From Patescibacteria group bacterium (GTDB lineage Bacteria > Patescibacteriota > Minisyncoccia > Phycocordibacterales > CSBR16-119), in NCBI GenBank assembly GCA_030917865.1, contig JAUPTX010000004.1:1-57130 (forward strand): a DNA stretch of 57,130 bases, given 5' to 3'. The stretch's first letter is position 1. Each line of letters starts with the position of its first letter. A model generated the notes under the pieces. The model ran no database searches. It saw nothing but the letters and a program-made list of their open reading frames with translations, and was not told the DNA's origin. Both the position numbers and the translations under genes were made by a program. Shown here in pieces: positions 39,543 through 48,838 of the stretch.

Positions 39543-40892
39543 TTAAAGTTTAAAAACCTCTGTTCCAGATTCTGTATCTTTTATTTTGTAACCAAGATTT
39601 TTTATTTCTTCTCTTATTCTATCAGATTCTTGCCAGTTTTTTTCTTTTCTTGCTAGATTTCTCGCTTCTATTAGCTTCAAAATATTTTCTGGTGCTTGTT
39701 CTTTTTTCCAGTCTTTAATCCCGAGACCTAAAACTGTATCAAATTTTAAAATAGTTGCTTTCTTTTCTTCATCTTTTACTTTTTCATCTTTTATAATTTT
39801 CCAGAGAGTTGCAAGAGCTTCGCCAGTGTTTAGGTTGTCGTTCATCGCTTCATCAAAAAGATTTTTATACTGTTCGTTTATTTTTCCACCTTCTGGTAGA
39901 TTCAGGTAATAACTCTTTAGTTTTTTAAGAGCGTTCGAAGACGCAGAAAGACCTTCCCATGTGAAGTTAACTATCGTTTTGTAGTTCGCTTGAAGTAGCC
40001 AATAGCGATAATCGATAGGTGAAAAGCCCTTTTCTTGTAAATCTTTTAATCGATAATCGTTCTTTAAGGATTTAGACATTTTCTTACCGTCTATCAAAAG
40101 GTGTTCGTTGTGAAGCCAATAGTTAACAAATTTGTGCCCCGATGCGCATTCTGATTGAGCTATTTCGTTTTCGTGGTGAGGAAATGTTAAATCAACTCCA
40201 CCAGTGTGAATATCAAAATGATCTCCTAAATATTTTGTAGACATTGCTGAACATTCTATATGCCAACCAGGACGTCCGCGACCAATAGGTGTGTCCCAAT
40301 AAACGTCACCGTCGTTTTGATCCCAAGCTTTCCACAAAGCGAAATCCTCAGCATTTTCTTTGTCGTATTCGTCTTTTTTAATTCTGCTTTTTGTATTGTT
40401 TTCTATTTTTTCTAAATCAAGACCAGAAAGTTTGCCGTAACTTTTGAATTTTTTGATATCAAAATAAACAGAACCATCATCGCCTTTATATGCGAAACCT
40501 TTTTCTAAAAGCTCCTCTGTCATTTGCACCATTTCTTTTATGTGATCTGTTGCTTTTGGTTGTTTTGTTGCCGGCTCGATATTCAGATCTTTCAACTCTC
40601 GGTTAAATTCTTTTGTGTAAAATTCTGTAAAATCAAGCAGGCTTTCTCCACGAGCGATAGAGTCGCGGATTGTTTTGTCGTCTATGTCGGTGATGTTCAT
40701 CACGTGCATCACATCGTAGCCAATGTATTTCAAATATCTTTTTAAAATATCTGCGAAAATAAATGCGCGGTAGTTGCCAATGTGCGGATAGTTGTAAACC
40801 GTCGGACCGCAAGAATAAAGGCCAACATGACCTTCTTTAATAGGTTTAAATACTTCCTCTTTTTTTGTCAGAGTGTTTAAAAGTTTGAGCAT
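39543..40892 (-). CDS. cysS: Cysteine--tRNA ligase
   Basis: CGPTVY..HIGN, DFALWK, GRPGWHIECSAM, KMSKS. Confidence 0.98.
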   Translation of the reverse strand: MLKLLNTLTKKEEVFKPIKEGHVGLYSCGPTVYNYPHIGNYRAFIFADILKRYLKYIGYDVMHVMNITDIDDKTIRDSIARGESLLDFTEFYTKEFNRELKDLNIEPATKQPKATDHIKEMVQMTEELLEKGFAYKGDDGSVYFDIKKFKSYGKLSGLDLEKIENNTKSRIKKDEYDKENAEDFALWKAWDQNDGDVYWDTPIGRGRPGWHIECSAMSTKYLGDHFDIHTGGVDLTFPHHENEIAQSECASGHKFVNYWLHNEHLLIDGKKMSKSLKNDYRLKDLQEKGFSPIDYRYWLLQANYKTIVNFTWEGLSASSNALKKLKSYYLNLPEGGKINEQYKNLFDEAMNDNLNTGEALATLWKIIKDEKVKDEEKKATILKFDTVLGLGIKDWKKEQAPENILKLIEARNLARKEKNWQESDRIREEIKNLGYKIKDTESGTEVFKL

Positions 40893-40934
40893 CTTTGTAT
40901 TTTAATATTTTTTCGGTTTAAATAAAAGACTTGA

Positions 40935-41858
40935 TTAAAGCCATTTCTTGTTTTTAAAATACACGAACATCACAAGTCCTGTTAGAACCATCGCTCCTAT
41001 AACCACGAAAAAGTCTGAGATTGTCTGGATCAAGATTATTTCATCGCTAACATTCATACCGAATACCTGAGTTATCAAGGTGATAGGTAGCATCATAAAA
41101 GTTATGATCGTTAGAGTTTTTATTGTTTCGTTTGTTTTGGTTGTCAGGAGAGTGTCGTTCGTGTCGCGCATGTCGTTTAGAAGTTCTTTGTACCAGTTTA
41201 TGTTGCTGTTTATCTTGTTGTATTCACTGAAAATCATACTCATACTAAAAGAAAATCCACTGCCAAACATATCTACGCCTGCAGACTCTACGGATTTTAT
41301 AACATCTCCGTGAAAGCTGATCGCTTTTTTAATTTTAATTATTTTTCTGTTTGTATAAGAAATACTGTTCACCGCATCTCTTTCTTTGCCGTTGTAAATA
41401 TCGTTTTCTATTTTTTCCAGATTTACAGCGACACCGTCGAGCTGATTGTCTAAATATTTATACAAATGTTTAAGAATATAAAAGAAAAGATAGCCAGGAT
41501 TTTGGTTTACGTTGTTTCTTTCTAAAATAGACTCATTTTGGAAAATTTTAGAGAAGTCGAAAAAAGGATCTATCGTTTGATAGTGTGTTGTTATTAAAAA
41601 GTCTTTGCTGATGATAAAGTCTATTTCTTTTTCTATTACAACTCTTTCTTTTGGGTCGATAAAAGGGAAGTGCATTACCAGATAGATAAAACCCTCTTTT
41701 TCATAGTAATCAACTTTTGATTTTAATGTCTCAGTCAGGAGTTCTTCGCCTATTAGTTTAGGAATTTTGTATTCATCTACTATTTCTATAATCTCGTTCC
41801 TGTTTGGCTTTTCTATATCTATCCAGGTGAGATTCTTTTGTTTGAATTTAGTGATCAT
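40935..41858 (-). CDS. corA: CorA family Mg2+/Co2+ transporter
   Basis: WIDIEKP, NETIKTLT, FGMN signature, KKWL end. Confidence 0.92.
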   Translation of the reverse strand: MITKFKQKNLTWIDIEKPNRNEIIEIVDEYKIPKLIGEELLTETLKSKVDYYEKEGFIYLVMHFPFIDPKERVVIEKEIDFIISKDFLITTHYQTIDPFFDFSKIFQNESILERNNVNQNPGYLFFYILKHLYKYLDNQLDGVAVNLEKIENDIYNGKERDAVNSISYTNRKIIKIKKAISFHGDVIKSVESAGVDMFGSGFSFSMSMIFSEYNKINSNINWYKELLNDMRDTNDTLLTTKTNETIKTLTIITFMMLPITLITQVFGMNVSDEIILIQTISDFFVVIGAMVLTGLVMFVYFKNKKWL

Positions 41859-41962
41859 AACTAGTCAGATTATAACTTAGATTTGGCTAAAAAAGTCTAT
41901 TAAATTGGGGATATTGGGAAATACTTGCATTTTTTTATAAATAGGTTAAAATACTCCCTGTT

Positions 41963-42277
41963 ATGAAATTCGCAGTAATTAGAACAGGCGGAAAGCAATA
42001 TAAGGTGTCTGAAGGTGAAATCGTGAAAATCGAGAAGCTTTTGGGCGACCACAAAGAAGGCGATAAAGTTGTCTTCGAAGACGTTCTTTTGGTTGACGAC
42101 GGAAAGTCAACAGAAATCGGAACTCCTAAGCTTTCAAACAAAGTAGAAGCTACAATCGAAAAGATTGATAGAGAAGATACAGTTACAGTTATCAAATACA
42201 AGGCTAAAAGTAACTACTTCAAAAAAAGAGGTCACAGACAACCATTCTTTAAAGTAAAAATAGCAAAAATCTCTTAA
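41963..42277 (+). CDS. rplU: 50S ribosomal protein bL21
   Basis: FAVIRTGGKQYKV, GHRQP. Confidence 0.97.
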   Translation: MKFAVIRTGGKQYKVSEGEIVKIEKLLGDHKEGDKVVFEDVLLVDDGKSTEIGTPKLSNKVEATIEKIDREDTVTVIKYKAKSNYFKKRGHRQPFFKVKIAKIS

Positions 42278-42279
42278 TC

Positions 42280-42304
42280 AAAAATCCCCCCAAAGGGGAT
42301 TTTT
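42280..42304 (+). terminator. rplU terminator
   Basis: aaaatcccc-ccaaa-ggggattttt. Confidence 0.75.
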
Positions 42305-42306
42305 GA

Positions 42307-42335
42307 TTGACCAATTTATGTTTTTTATGTATTGT
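42307..42335 (+). promoter_or_regulatory. Sigma70-like promoter of unit 8
   Basis: TTGACC-N17-TATTGT. Confidence 0.6.
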
Positions 42336-42354
42336 TATACAAAATCGAACCTGC

Positions 42355-42780
42355 ATGAGAAAGCTCTTTTCCTTAATTTTGGTCGTTATATCAACGACCG
42401 CAAGTCTCTTCGCGCAGATGCTGCCTACTGCCGACGGTGGTGGGTATTATCTGCCGCCCGAAAATCAGGTAGAGCGACCAATCGCACCTCCTGTTGGAGT
42501 GGGTTACCTGAAGATCTCTGTTATCGATGGTGGACATATTCGGTCCATCTTTATACCGTTGGATGCTGTGGATGCTGATCATTTCGTTCTACGTCCACGT
42601 ATTGTTGGCGAATCGAGTCCTCGGCCAATGGTGGTAGAGGTGCACAGGAGGGAAGATGGATACGTTATCGATCCGCAGTATTTGCCACTGTTTCGTTACC
42701 AAGGAGGAGTCCTCCTGTTCGGTGGTAAGTTCGTGGAAGCATTCGATGTCTATCCATCACACAAGGTGTATGGTCCATAG
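42355..42780 (+). CDS. Orphan secreted protein (unit 8)
   Basis: MRKLFSLILVVISTTASLFA|Q signal peptide; GC-rich codons. Confidence 0.75.
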   Translation: MRKLFSLILVVISTTASLFAQMLPTADGGGYYLPPENQVERPIAPPVGVGYLKISVIDGGHIRSIFIPLDAVDADHFVLRPRIVGESSPRPMVVEVHRREDGYVIDPQYLPLFRYQGGVLLFGGKFVEAFDVYPSHKVYGP

Positions 42781-42797
42781 AAAGGACTCAGCACAAT

Positions 42798-42824
42798 AAA
42801 GCCCCGGGTCAAGCCCGGGGTTTT
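42798..42824 (+). terminator. Terminator of unit 8
   Basis: aaagccccggg-tcaag-cccggggtttt. Confidence 0.85.
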
Positions 42825-42826
42825 GC

Positions 42827-42854
42827 TTGACAAAATATATAATTTGTGTATAAT
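42827..42854 (+). promoter_or_regulatory. Consensus sigma70 promoter of unit 9
   Basis: TTGACA-N16-TATAAT, 2 nt after the previous terminator. Confidence 0.85.
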
Positions 42855-42901
42855 ATAATAGAACCGCCCTCTTACCAGGGCATAAAAACGAAAATACCGT
42901 C

Positions 42902-43288
42902 ATGAAGAAGTTCCTTTCAATTTTCACCATCACCTTCGGGTTGGTGGCAGGTGTGAACGCGCAGTCGGAAACCCGGCCCCCTGATGGGTTTGGTCTTCCG
43001 GTGCCTGGATCCTCCGCAGAAGTATCTGCATGGGAGGAGGCGTGCAAGTTCAACACGGATGGTGAGACCTGCACGGTCACCATCCGTTACACCTCGGATA
43101 CTTATCCCTTGGAGTTTATCCAGGGTGACAAAGTGCTCGATGTTGTCTACGACAAGGACGCCGAAATCGGCTTCCAGGTCGTGGAAGGTGTGGTGTATGA
43201 GAAACTGCCTGGTGGCGGCTACTCGTACGTTCTGGAGATCAAGAATCCCCGGGGGCGCACCTATATCATGAAGAGGGTGGGCGCGTAG
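42902..43288 (+). CDS. Orphan secreted protein (unit 9)
   Basis: MKKFLSIFTITFGLVAGVNA|Q signal peptide; strongly GC-rich third positions. Confidence 0.78.
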   Translation: MKKFLSIFTITFGLVAGVNAQSETRPPDGFGLPVPGSSAEVSAWEEACKFNTDGETCTVTIRYTSDTYPLEFIQGDKVLDVVYDKDAEIGFQVVEGVVYEKLPGGGYSYVLEIKNPRGRTYIMKRVGA

Positions 43289-43304
43289 CCTACACTCTCG
43301 GAAC

Positions 43305-43336
43305 AAAAAAGCCTCGGCATATCGCCGGGGCTTTTT
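43305..43336. terminator. Terminator of unit 9 / recR
   Basis: aaaaaagcctcggc-atatc-gccggggcttttt. Confidence 0.85.
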
Positions 43337-43342
43337 CCTTTT

Positions 43343-43942
43343 TTATCTTCTATTCTCAAAAGCTGACATAAAAGTATCTTTGTCTGAATATTCAAGCTCT
43401 GTTCCTGTTGAAAGACCTCGTCCCAAAATTGATATTTTTATATTAAAATTTTCTAAAATCTTTCGTAAATATTCTAATGTGTTTTCTCCTTGAGGGTTTA
43501 CGCTCATCGCCAGAACTATCTCTTTTATTTTATCTTTTTTCTTTTCAATAAGTCTCAAAAGTTCTGTTTCTCGTATAAATTCATTTGGTGTTTTTGAAAG
43601 GACCGGTATTGATCCGCCGAGTACAAAATATTTTCCGTCATAAACACCCATTTTTTCTATGTTCTCTAAATCAGAATCTTTTTCAACTATCATAAGTTTT
43701 GAATCGTCTCTGTTTGGGTTGCTGGCGATAGGGGATAAGTTGCCACCTCTTTCAGTATAAAAAAATTGAAAACTTTCTTCACAAAGTCTTATATTTTTCT
43801 TTATATTTAAAATTGCATCCGATAAATCTTTCGTATATCCAGAATTTTTGCGTAACAAAAAATAAACAAATCTTTTTGCTTGTCTTTTTCCTACGCCAGG
43901 GAATTTCTCAAATAGTTCTGATAATTTATCAATGCTGTTCAT
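43343..43942 (-). CDS. recR: Recombination mediator RecR (zinc finger degenerate)
   Basis: FPGVGKRQAKR, YFVLGG, GENT, GRGLSTGTELEYSD. Confidence 0.93.
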   Translation of the reverse strand: MNSIDKLSELFEKFPGVGKRQAKRFVYFLLRKNSGYTKDLSDAILNIKKNIRLCEESFQFFYTERGGNLSPIASNPNRDDSKLMIVEKDSDLENIEKMGVYDGKYFVLGGSIPVLSKTPNEFIRETELLRLIEKKKDKIKEIVLAMSVNPQGENTLEYLRKILENFNIKISILGRGLSTGTELEYSDKDTFMSAFENRR

Positions 43943-43945
43943 GTT

Positions 43946-45343
43946 TTAAAAATCGTTAAAAGCCTCGTTTGCTCCAGTTTGTGTTGCTGCCACATATCCT
44001 TCCATGTGTTTTTCTATTGGTAGGAAAGTCGAGTTTTTCTCATCGAAATAAAGATCTGCTTTTCCGAGCGGACCGTTTCTGTGCTTTTCAACCAAAACCT
44101 CTGTCATACCAGTACTTTCGTTGTCTGATCTTGTTCCAACTTTGTCTTCTCGGTGGATAAACATAACAACGTCGGCGTCTTGTTCGATAGAACCAGAGTC
44201 TCGAAGGTCAGAAAGTCTGGGTTTCCCTCCACGTGATTCCACTGCTCGGGATAGCTGTGAAAGCGCTAGAACAGGAACATCGAGCTCTCTTGCCAGACCT
44301 TTTAACGATCTAGAGATTTCAGTCACTTGGTTAACCATAGAATCGTGGTTTTTACTTGTCATCATTAGTTGTAGGTAGTCAACCACGATTAAATCAAGGC
44401 CATGTTCGCTTTTCATTCTTCTGGCAACAGATTTCATTTTCATTATAGAGTTTCCAGCTTGATCGTCTATAAATATTTTTGATTTAGACAAAACATTTAA
44501 GGCTTCTTGTAGGGCGGTGAAGTCTTCTTCTGCAGAAAGTTTACCTGTTCTTAGCTTCCAAGCGTTTACTTTTGATTGTGCGGCAAGCATTCTTTGGGTT
44601 AGCTGATTAGCGCTCATTTCCAAAGAGAATATAGCAACAGATGCATTGAATTTTGTCGCAGCGTTTCTTGCTATATCTAGAGCAAGAGTTGTTTTACCGA
44701 TAGATGGACGAGCCGCGAGGATTATGAGGTCTGATCTTTGAAGTCCGGCTAAAATATTATCAAGAGAAGGGTATCCAGTTGGAACACCACGCATGCCTTC
44801 TTTGTTTTCTTGCAGTTTTTCAATTTCTTCCCATGTTTCGTGAAGAGACTGTTTTATGCTTACGAATTTTTGATTTCCAGAAGTGTTTGTCACCGCAAAA
44901 ACTTTCTTTTCTACAGAGTCTAGGATGTCTTCAACCTCTTCGCTTGTTTCAGCAAAAGCGGTTTCCGCCATATATTCACCGGCCTCAATTAATTTTCTTA
45001 GAACGTGTTTTTTGTGAACTATACCTGCGTAGTATTTTACGTTTGTAGAAGCTGGAACCGATCCAGTCAGTTCTGCGATATAGTTTCTTCCTCCGACGGC
45101 CTCAAGTTGATTCTTTTCTTTTAGGAGTGTTGTTACAGATAAAATGTCGATTGGTTCATTTTTGCTAAACAAATCGATCATTGTTTTAAATATTATTCTG
45201 TGTTTTTCTGCATAAAAAGATTCCGCAAAAACAACATCTATTATTTCATTTAATGCTTCAGGGCGAAGCATTATAGAACCAAGAACAGCTTTTTCTGATT
45301 CAATACTATTTGGAGGTATTCTCATGTTTTTAGTCTTTTCCAT
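43946..45343 (-). CDS. dnaB: Replicative DNA helicase DnaB
   Basis: AARPSIGKT, FSLEMS, DYLQL, LSQLSR, DLRDSGSIEQDAD. Confidence 0.98.
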   Translation of the reverse strand: MEKTKNMRIPPNSIESEKAVLGSIMLRPEALNEIIDVVFAESFYAEKHRIIFKTMIDLFSKNEPIDILSVTTLLKEKNQLEAVGGRNYIAELTGSVPASTNVKYYAGIVHKKHVLRKLIEAGEYMAETAFAETSEEVEDILDSVEKKVFAVTNTSGNQKFVSIKQSLHETWEEIEKLQENKEGMRGVPTGYPSLDNILAGLQRSDLIILAARPSIGKTTLALDIARNAATKFNASVAIFSLEMSANQLTQRMLAAQSKVNAWKLRTGKLSAEEDFTALQEALNVLSKSKIFIDDQAGNSIMKMKSVARRMKSEHGLDLIVVDYLQLMMTSKNHDSMVNQVTEISRSLKGLARELDVPVLALSQLSRAVESRGGKPRLSDLRDSGSIEQDADVVMFIHREDKVGTRSDNESTGMTEVLVEKHRNGPLGKADLYFDEKNSTFLPIEKHMEGYVAATQTGANEAFNDF

Positions 45344-45416
45344 AGGTATGATGATTTTAACATATTTGTTTAAAATGGGGCGTTCGTGTGGAAAGAGTGG
45401 AAAAGGCTAAATAGTT

Positions 45417-45444
45417 TTGACAAATTTAAATTTCGTTATATAGT
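45417..45444 (+). promoter_or_regulatory. Sigma70 promoter of unit 10
   Basis: TTGACA-N16-TATAGT. Confidence 0.75.
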
Positions 45445-45488
45445 TTAAGTTGGATTAGAACAAATTAAACCACCAAAACCAAGAAATC

Positions 45489-45878
45489 ATGAGTAAAAAG
45501 ACAACCTTTCGCTCAATGGTCGCTAATGTGACACTCTCTCAATCTATGCATGGAGAAGAGGACGTCAAGTTTCCTGCGGACACTGATTCGGAAGACTCCC
45601 AAGAAGTTGAAGGGGGTGATGACGAAGGTGAAGACCTTGACCCTGTGTCAAAAGAGGTCGGACAGATCTTTGATGAGTGTGGGTTAAAAGCCTTACACTC
45701 AATTGTCTCGCGCTCTGAAATGGAAATGGCTGAACGCAGACCGCTATCTGGAGCTTACGATGATGAGTCTCCTTCTCCCAAGCCCGTAAAAAAGCATGTG
45801 CGCAATGTTCTCGGTGTGAAAGGCAAGAATGCCGGGATATCACTGCTTCCATTTCCACACAGGCCGCACGGTAAATAA
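45489..45878 (+). CDS. Orphan acidic, probably disordered protein (unit 10)
   Basis: Leader aaaccaccaaaaccaagaaatc; D/E-rich middle, basic tail; GC-richer. Confidence 0.7.
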   Translation: MSKKTTFRSMVANVTLSQSMHGEEDVKFPADTDSEDSQEVEGGDDEGEDLDPVSKEVGQIFDECGLKALHSIVSRSEMEMAERRPLSGAYDDESPSPKPVKKHVRNVLGVKGKNAGISLLPFPHRPHGK

Positions 45879-45891
45879 GTCCGAATAGGGC

Positions 45892-45928
45892 AAAAGGGGT
45901 CGAGCATGACAATGGCTCGACCCCTTTT
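45892..45928 (+). terminator. Terminator of unit 10
   Basis: aaaaggggtcgagc-atgacaatg-gctcgacccctttt. Confidence 0.85.
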
Positions 45929-45962
45929 AATTTTTAGGTAAAGTTTGATAAAATGTTTTTAT

Positions 45963-46940
45963 ATGTCAAAACAAATTTTAGTCTCTGGGATTAAGCCAAC
46001 AGGAGATTTACATCTAGGTAATTATTTTGGTGCAATAAAACAGTTTGTTGAAATGCAAAAAAACAAAGGTTTTGATTCTTTTGTTTTTTTAGCTGATTAT
46101 CATGCTCTTAATTCGGTTCAGAATAGGGAAGAGATGAAAAAACTTTCTTTTGATTTAATTTGTGCTTATATTGCCTGTGGACTTGATCCTAAAAAAATAG
46201 TTTTATACAGACAATCTCAAATACCAGAGCACGCGGAGTTAACTTGGATTTTTAATACTTTGGTTACAATGCCTTGGCTTATGCGTGCTCATGCATTTAA
46301 AGATGCCGAAGCAAAAGATAAAGATATAAATATTGGAACTTTTGATTATCCAGTCTTAATGGCGGCAGATATTTTGATGTACAACGCAGACGTTGTCCCG
46401 GTTGGGAAAGACCAAATTCAGCACATAGAAATGGCGCGTGAAATTGCTAGAAAATTCAATCAAACTTTCGGCGAGGTATTTAAAGAACCAAAAGAAATAG
46501 TTAAAGAAGAAGTCGCGACAGTTCTAGGAATCGACGGACAAAAGATGAGTAAAAGTTATAAAAATGTTATTCCTCTTTTTGGATCTGAAGAAGATGTTAA
46601 AAAAGCTGTGATGGGAATAGTGACAGACTCAAAAGGTAAAGATGACGCGAAAAATCCAGAAGAAGTTGTAGTATATCAAATCTATAAACTTTTAGCTGAT
46701 GAGGCAGAAAGAAAGGTAATGGAAGAAGGTTTGAGAAATGGTGGACTTGGTTATGGTGAAGCTAAACAAATTTTGTTAAATAAAGTCCTTGCATATTTTG
46801 GAGCGATGAAAAAGAAATATGATGAGCTGCAGAAAAAGCCGAAAAAAATTTATGCGATTTTAGAAAAAGGCGAAAAGAAGGCACGAAAAATCGCTCAAAA
46901 GAAAATGCTCGAAGTTAAAAAATTAGTAGGTTTGATTTAG
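45963..46940 (+). CDS. trpS: Tryptophan--tRNA ligase
   Basis: SGIKPTG.LHLGNY, YPVLMAADI, VPVGKDQ, KMSKS. Confidence 0.97.
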   Translation: MSKQILVSGIKPTGDLHLGNYFGAIKQFVEMQKNKGFDSFVFLADYHALNSVQNREEMKKLSFDLICAYIACGLDPKKIVLYRQSQIPEHAELTWIFNTLVTMPWLMRAHAFKDAEAKDKDINIGTFDYPVLMAADILMYNADVVPVGKDQIQHIEMAREIARKFNQTFGEVFKEPKEIVKEEVATVLGIDGQKMSKSYKNVIPLFGSEEDVKKAVMGIVTDSKGKDDAKNPEEVVVYQIYKLLADEAERKVMEEGLRNGGLGYGEAKQILLNKVLAYFGAMKKKYDELQKKPKKIYAILEKGEKKARKIAQKKMLEVKKLVGLI

Positions 46941-46950
46941 TTAAAAAATA

Positions 46951-47550
46951 ATGGATATAAAATATATAAGATTTATAGTTTTTGTTTTGGTGATTGTTGC
47001 TCTAGTTTTTGTCTTAAACAAAAAAACGGTCTCAAATGAAAAAGTTGGACACCATGTTATGAGTGATGGAACCGTTATGAAAAATGGTGATACTCATATG
47101 CATGGCTCTATGATGGTTTCAAATGATCAAGAGTTTTTGGCAGGGATGATACCGCACCACGAAGAAGCAGTGTTGACAGCAAAGATCGTTTTGGAGAAGG
47201 GTGGAACTTTTCCAGAAATCAAAACTCTAGCTGAAAATATAATAGTTGCCCAAGAAAAAGAAATAGAAGATATGAAATCTTGGTATAAAGAAATAACAGG
47301 AGATGAATATAAAGATTCTGGAAACTACGATCCAATGATGAGAGATTTATCAAATCTTTCTAAAGAAGAATTAGACAAAACTTTTTTGGAAGATATGGTT
47401 GTTCACCATATGGGAGCTATCATGATGGCAGAGCAAGCTCTTGATTTTAGTGAAAATGAAAATATAAAAAATTTAAGCAGGGAAATAGTGAAATCTCAAT
47501 CAGAAGAAATAAAAGAAATGAGAAATTATTTAATAAGTAAATTTAAATAA
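46951..47550 (+). CDS. DUF305/CopM-like His/Met-rich ferritin-fold protein
   Basis: Repeated FL..MI.HH..A..MA and Q..EI..M motifs; N-terminal TM. Confidence 0.85.
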   Translation: MDIKYIRFIVFVLVIVALVFVLNKKTVSNEKVGHHVMSDGTVMKNGDTHMHGSMMVSNDQEFLAGMIPHHEEAVLTAKIVLEKGGTFPEIKTLAENIIVAQEKEIEDMKSWYKEITGDEYKDSGNYDPMMRDLSNLSKEELDKTFLEDMVVHHMGAIMMAEQALDFSENENIKNLSREIVKSQSEEIKEMRNYLISKFK

Positions 47551-47552
47551 AC

Positions 47553-47579
47553 AAAAACCGCCCTGATAGGCGGTTTTTT
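47553..47579. terminator. Bidirectional terminator
   Basis: aaaaaccgcc-ctgata-ggcggtttttt. Confidence 0.8.
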
Positions 47580-47584
47580 GTTTA

Positions 47585-48250
47585 TTATGGTCTTGCAACC
47601 AGTGTGAATTCTAGAGTGAAAATATCTTTTATAACATTGTCACCCAAGTTGTCAAAAAAGCTTTCTGATCCAAATCTTACGTTCCATTTTGATCGGTCAA
47701 CTTCTGCAACTCCTGCCAAAATTACATTTCCACTATCTGTTTTAACATCTGCATTAACTGAAAGTTCGTTTGTCTGACCTTTTAGAGTTAATTCTCCATT
47801 TAGTATATATTTATCTCCAGATTTTTCTACAGATTTTACAATGTATTTTGCTTCAGGGTATGTTTCCGTTTCAAAAAAATCTGCTGATTTTAAGTGTCTT
47901 GTTAAACCGTCTTGTCCGTCACCTTTTCCTGTTGTAATCGCCGCTAGAGAGTTCATATCGAAAACGATTTCTCCTCCTGACACTTTTCCAGATTCCATAT
48001 TTATAAATCCAGATTTAATATCTATCTTACCAGTGTCAAAATAATCAACTATGATTTTTTTGCCTCCGATCCATTTTATGTTGGCATCTTCTTTATTGAA
48101 AACAAATGTTCCTGATAAGTCTTTTGAAGGCTCTTCTCCTTTTATTTCTGGCGTTGATATGGTTATATCTCCAGACTGTTTGTTTTTACTAAAGTAAAAA
48201 ACTCCTAAAACTATAATTCCTAAAATTAAAATCGGTAATAATGCTTTCAT
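47585..48250 (-). CDS. YceI-like polyisoprenoid-binding protein
   Basis: HLKSADFFETETYPEAKY, GELTLKG, VDRSKWNVRFGS. Confidence 0.88.
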   Translation of the reverse strand: MKALLPILILGIIVLGVFYFSKNKQSGDITISTPEIKGEEPSKDLSGTFVFNKEDANIKWIGGKKIIVDYFDTGKIDIKSGFINMESGKVSGGEIVFDMNSLAAITTGKGDGQDGLTRHLKSADFFETETYPEAKYIVKSVEKSGDKYILNGELTLKGQTNELSVNADVKTDSGNVILAGVAEVDRSKWNVRFGSESFFDNLGDNVIKDIFTLEFTLVARP

Positions 48251-48325
48251 TGTTTTTAAATTATTAATAATTAATCCCATATCTGGAATTTTAACACATA
48301 TTTTTTGGTGCTATAATATATCTGT

Positions 48326-48538
48326 ATGAAAAAAATAAATTTAGGTTATTTTGTTAGAAATCTGTCAATAGTTGTTGGACTCGTTTTAATCTGGCGAGGT
48401 GTTTGGTATATACTCGACTACATCGACGTGGCGTTTTTAGGTGGAAGTCATACATTTTCTGCTTTAGGTGGGATAATTTTAGGACTTATAATACTTTACG
48501 CACCAGACGGAGATTTGAAAGAGATCAGTAAATTATAG
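48326..48538 (+). CDS. Small membrane protein
   Basis: Two TM helices, LIWRGVW motif. Confidence 0.65.
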   Translation: MKKINLGYFVRNLSIVVGLVLIWRGVWYILDYIDVAFLGGSHTFSALGGIILGLIILYAPDGDLKEISKL

Positions 48539-48541
48539 AAA

Positions 48542-48829
48542 ATGAAAAAATTTAGTTTTTCCGGAAAAGTCTTTGTTTGGCCAGGAGGTTTAGGCTGGTA
48601 TTTTGTTTACTTGCCGAAAGATTTAGTGGAAAAAATAAAAAAAAATTCTAGTGTTCACGGCGCCGGCTTTGTTAAAATTAAAGCAACTGTTGGCAAAACA
48701 GATTGGCAGACGTCACTTTTTCCTTTCAAGAGAGAAAATACCTTTCTTATTTGTATTAAAAAGTCAGTTCGAGAGAAAGAAGATGTTTTTCCTGGAGAAG
48801 AAATAAAAGTGTCTTTTTCTTTGATTTAA
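48542..48829 (+). CDS. DUF1905 family protein
   Basis: WYFVYLP, VKIKATVGKTDWQTSLFP, IKKSVREKE. Confidence 0.8.
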   Translation: MKKFSFSGKVFVWPGGLGWYFVYLPKDLVEKIKKNSSVHGAGFVKIKATVGKTDWQTSLFPFKRENTFLICIKKSVREKEDVFPGEEIKVSFSLI

Positions 48830-48838
48830 TTTTATCTA

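Noticed and set aside
42757-43306. Several overlapping alternative ORFs around unit 9 (also around 29670-30156 and 31858-32205)
   Set aside because: Expected by-product of higher GC; only one frame has the promoter, leader, signal peptide and terminator.
42307-43336. Integron cassette array explanation for the orphan units
   Set aside because: No integrase, no recognisable attC core sites, hairpins differ in sequence, and units carry their own promoters and are dispersed in both orientations.
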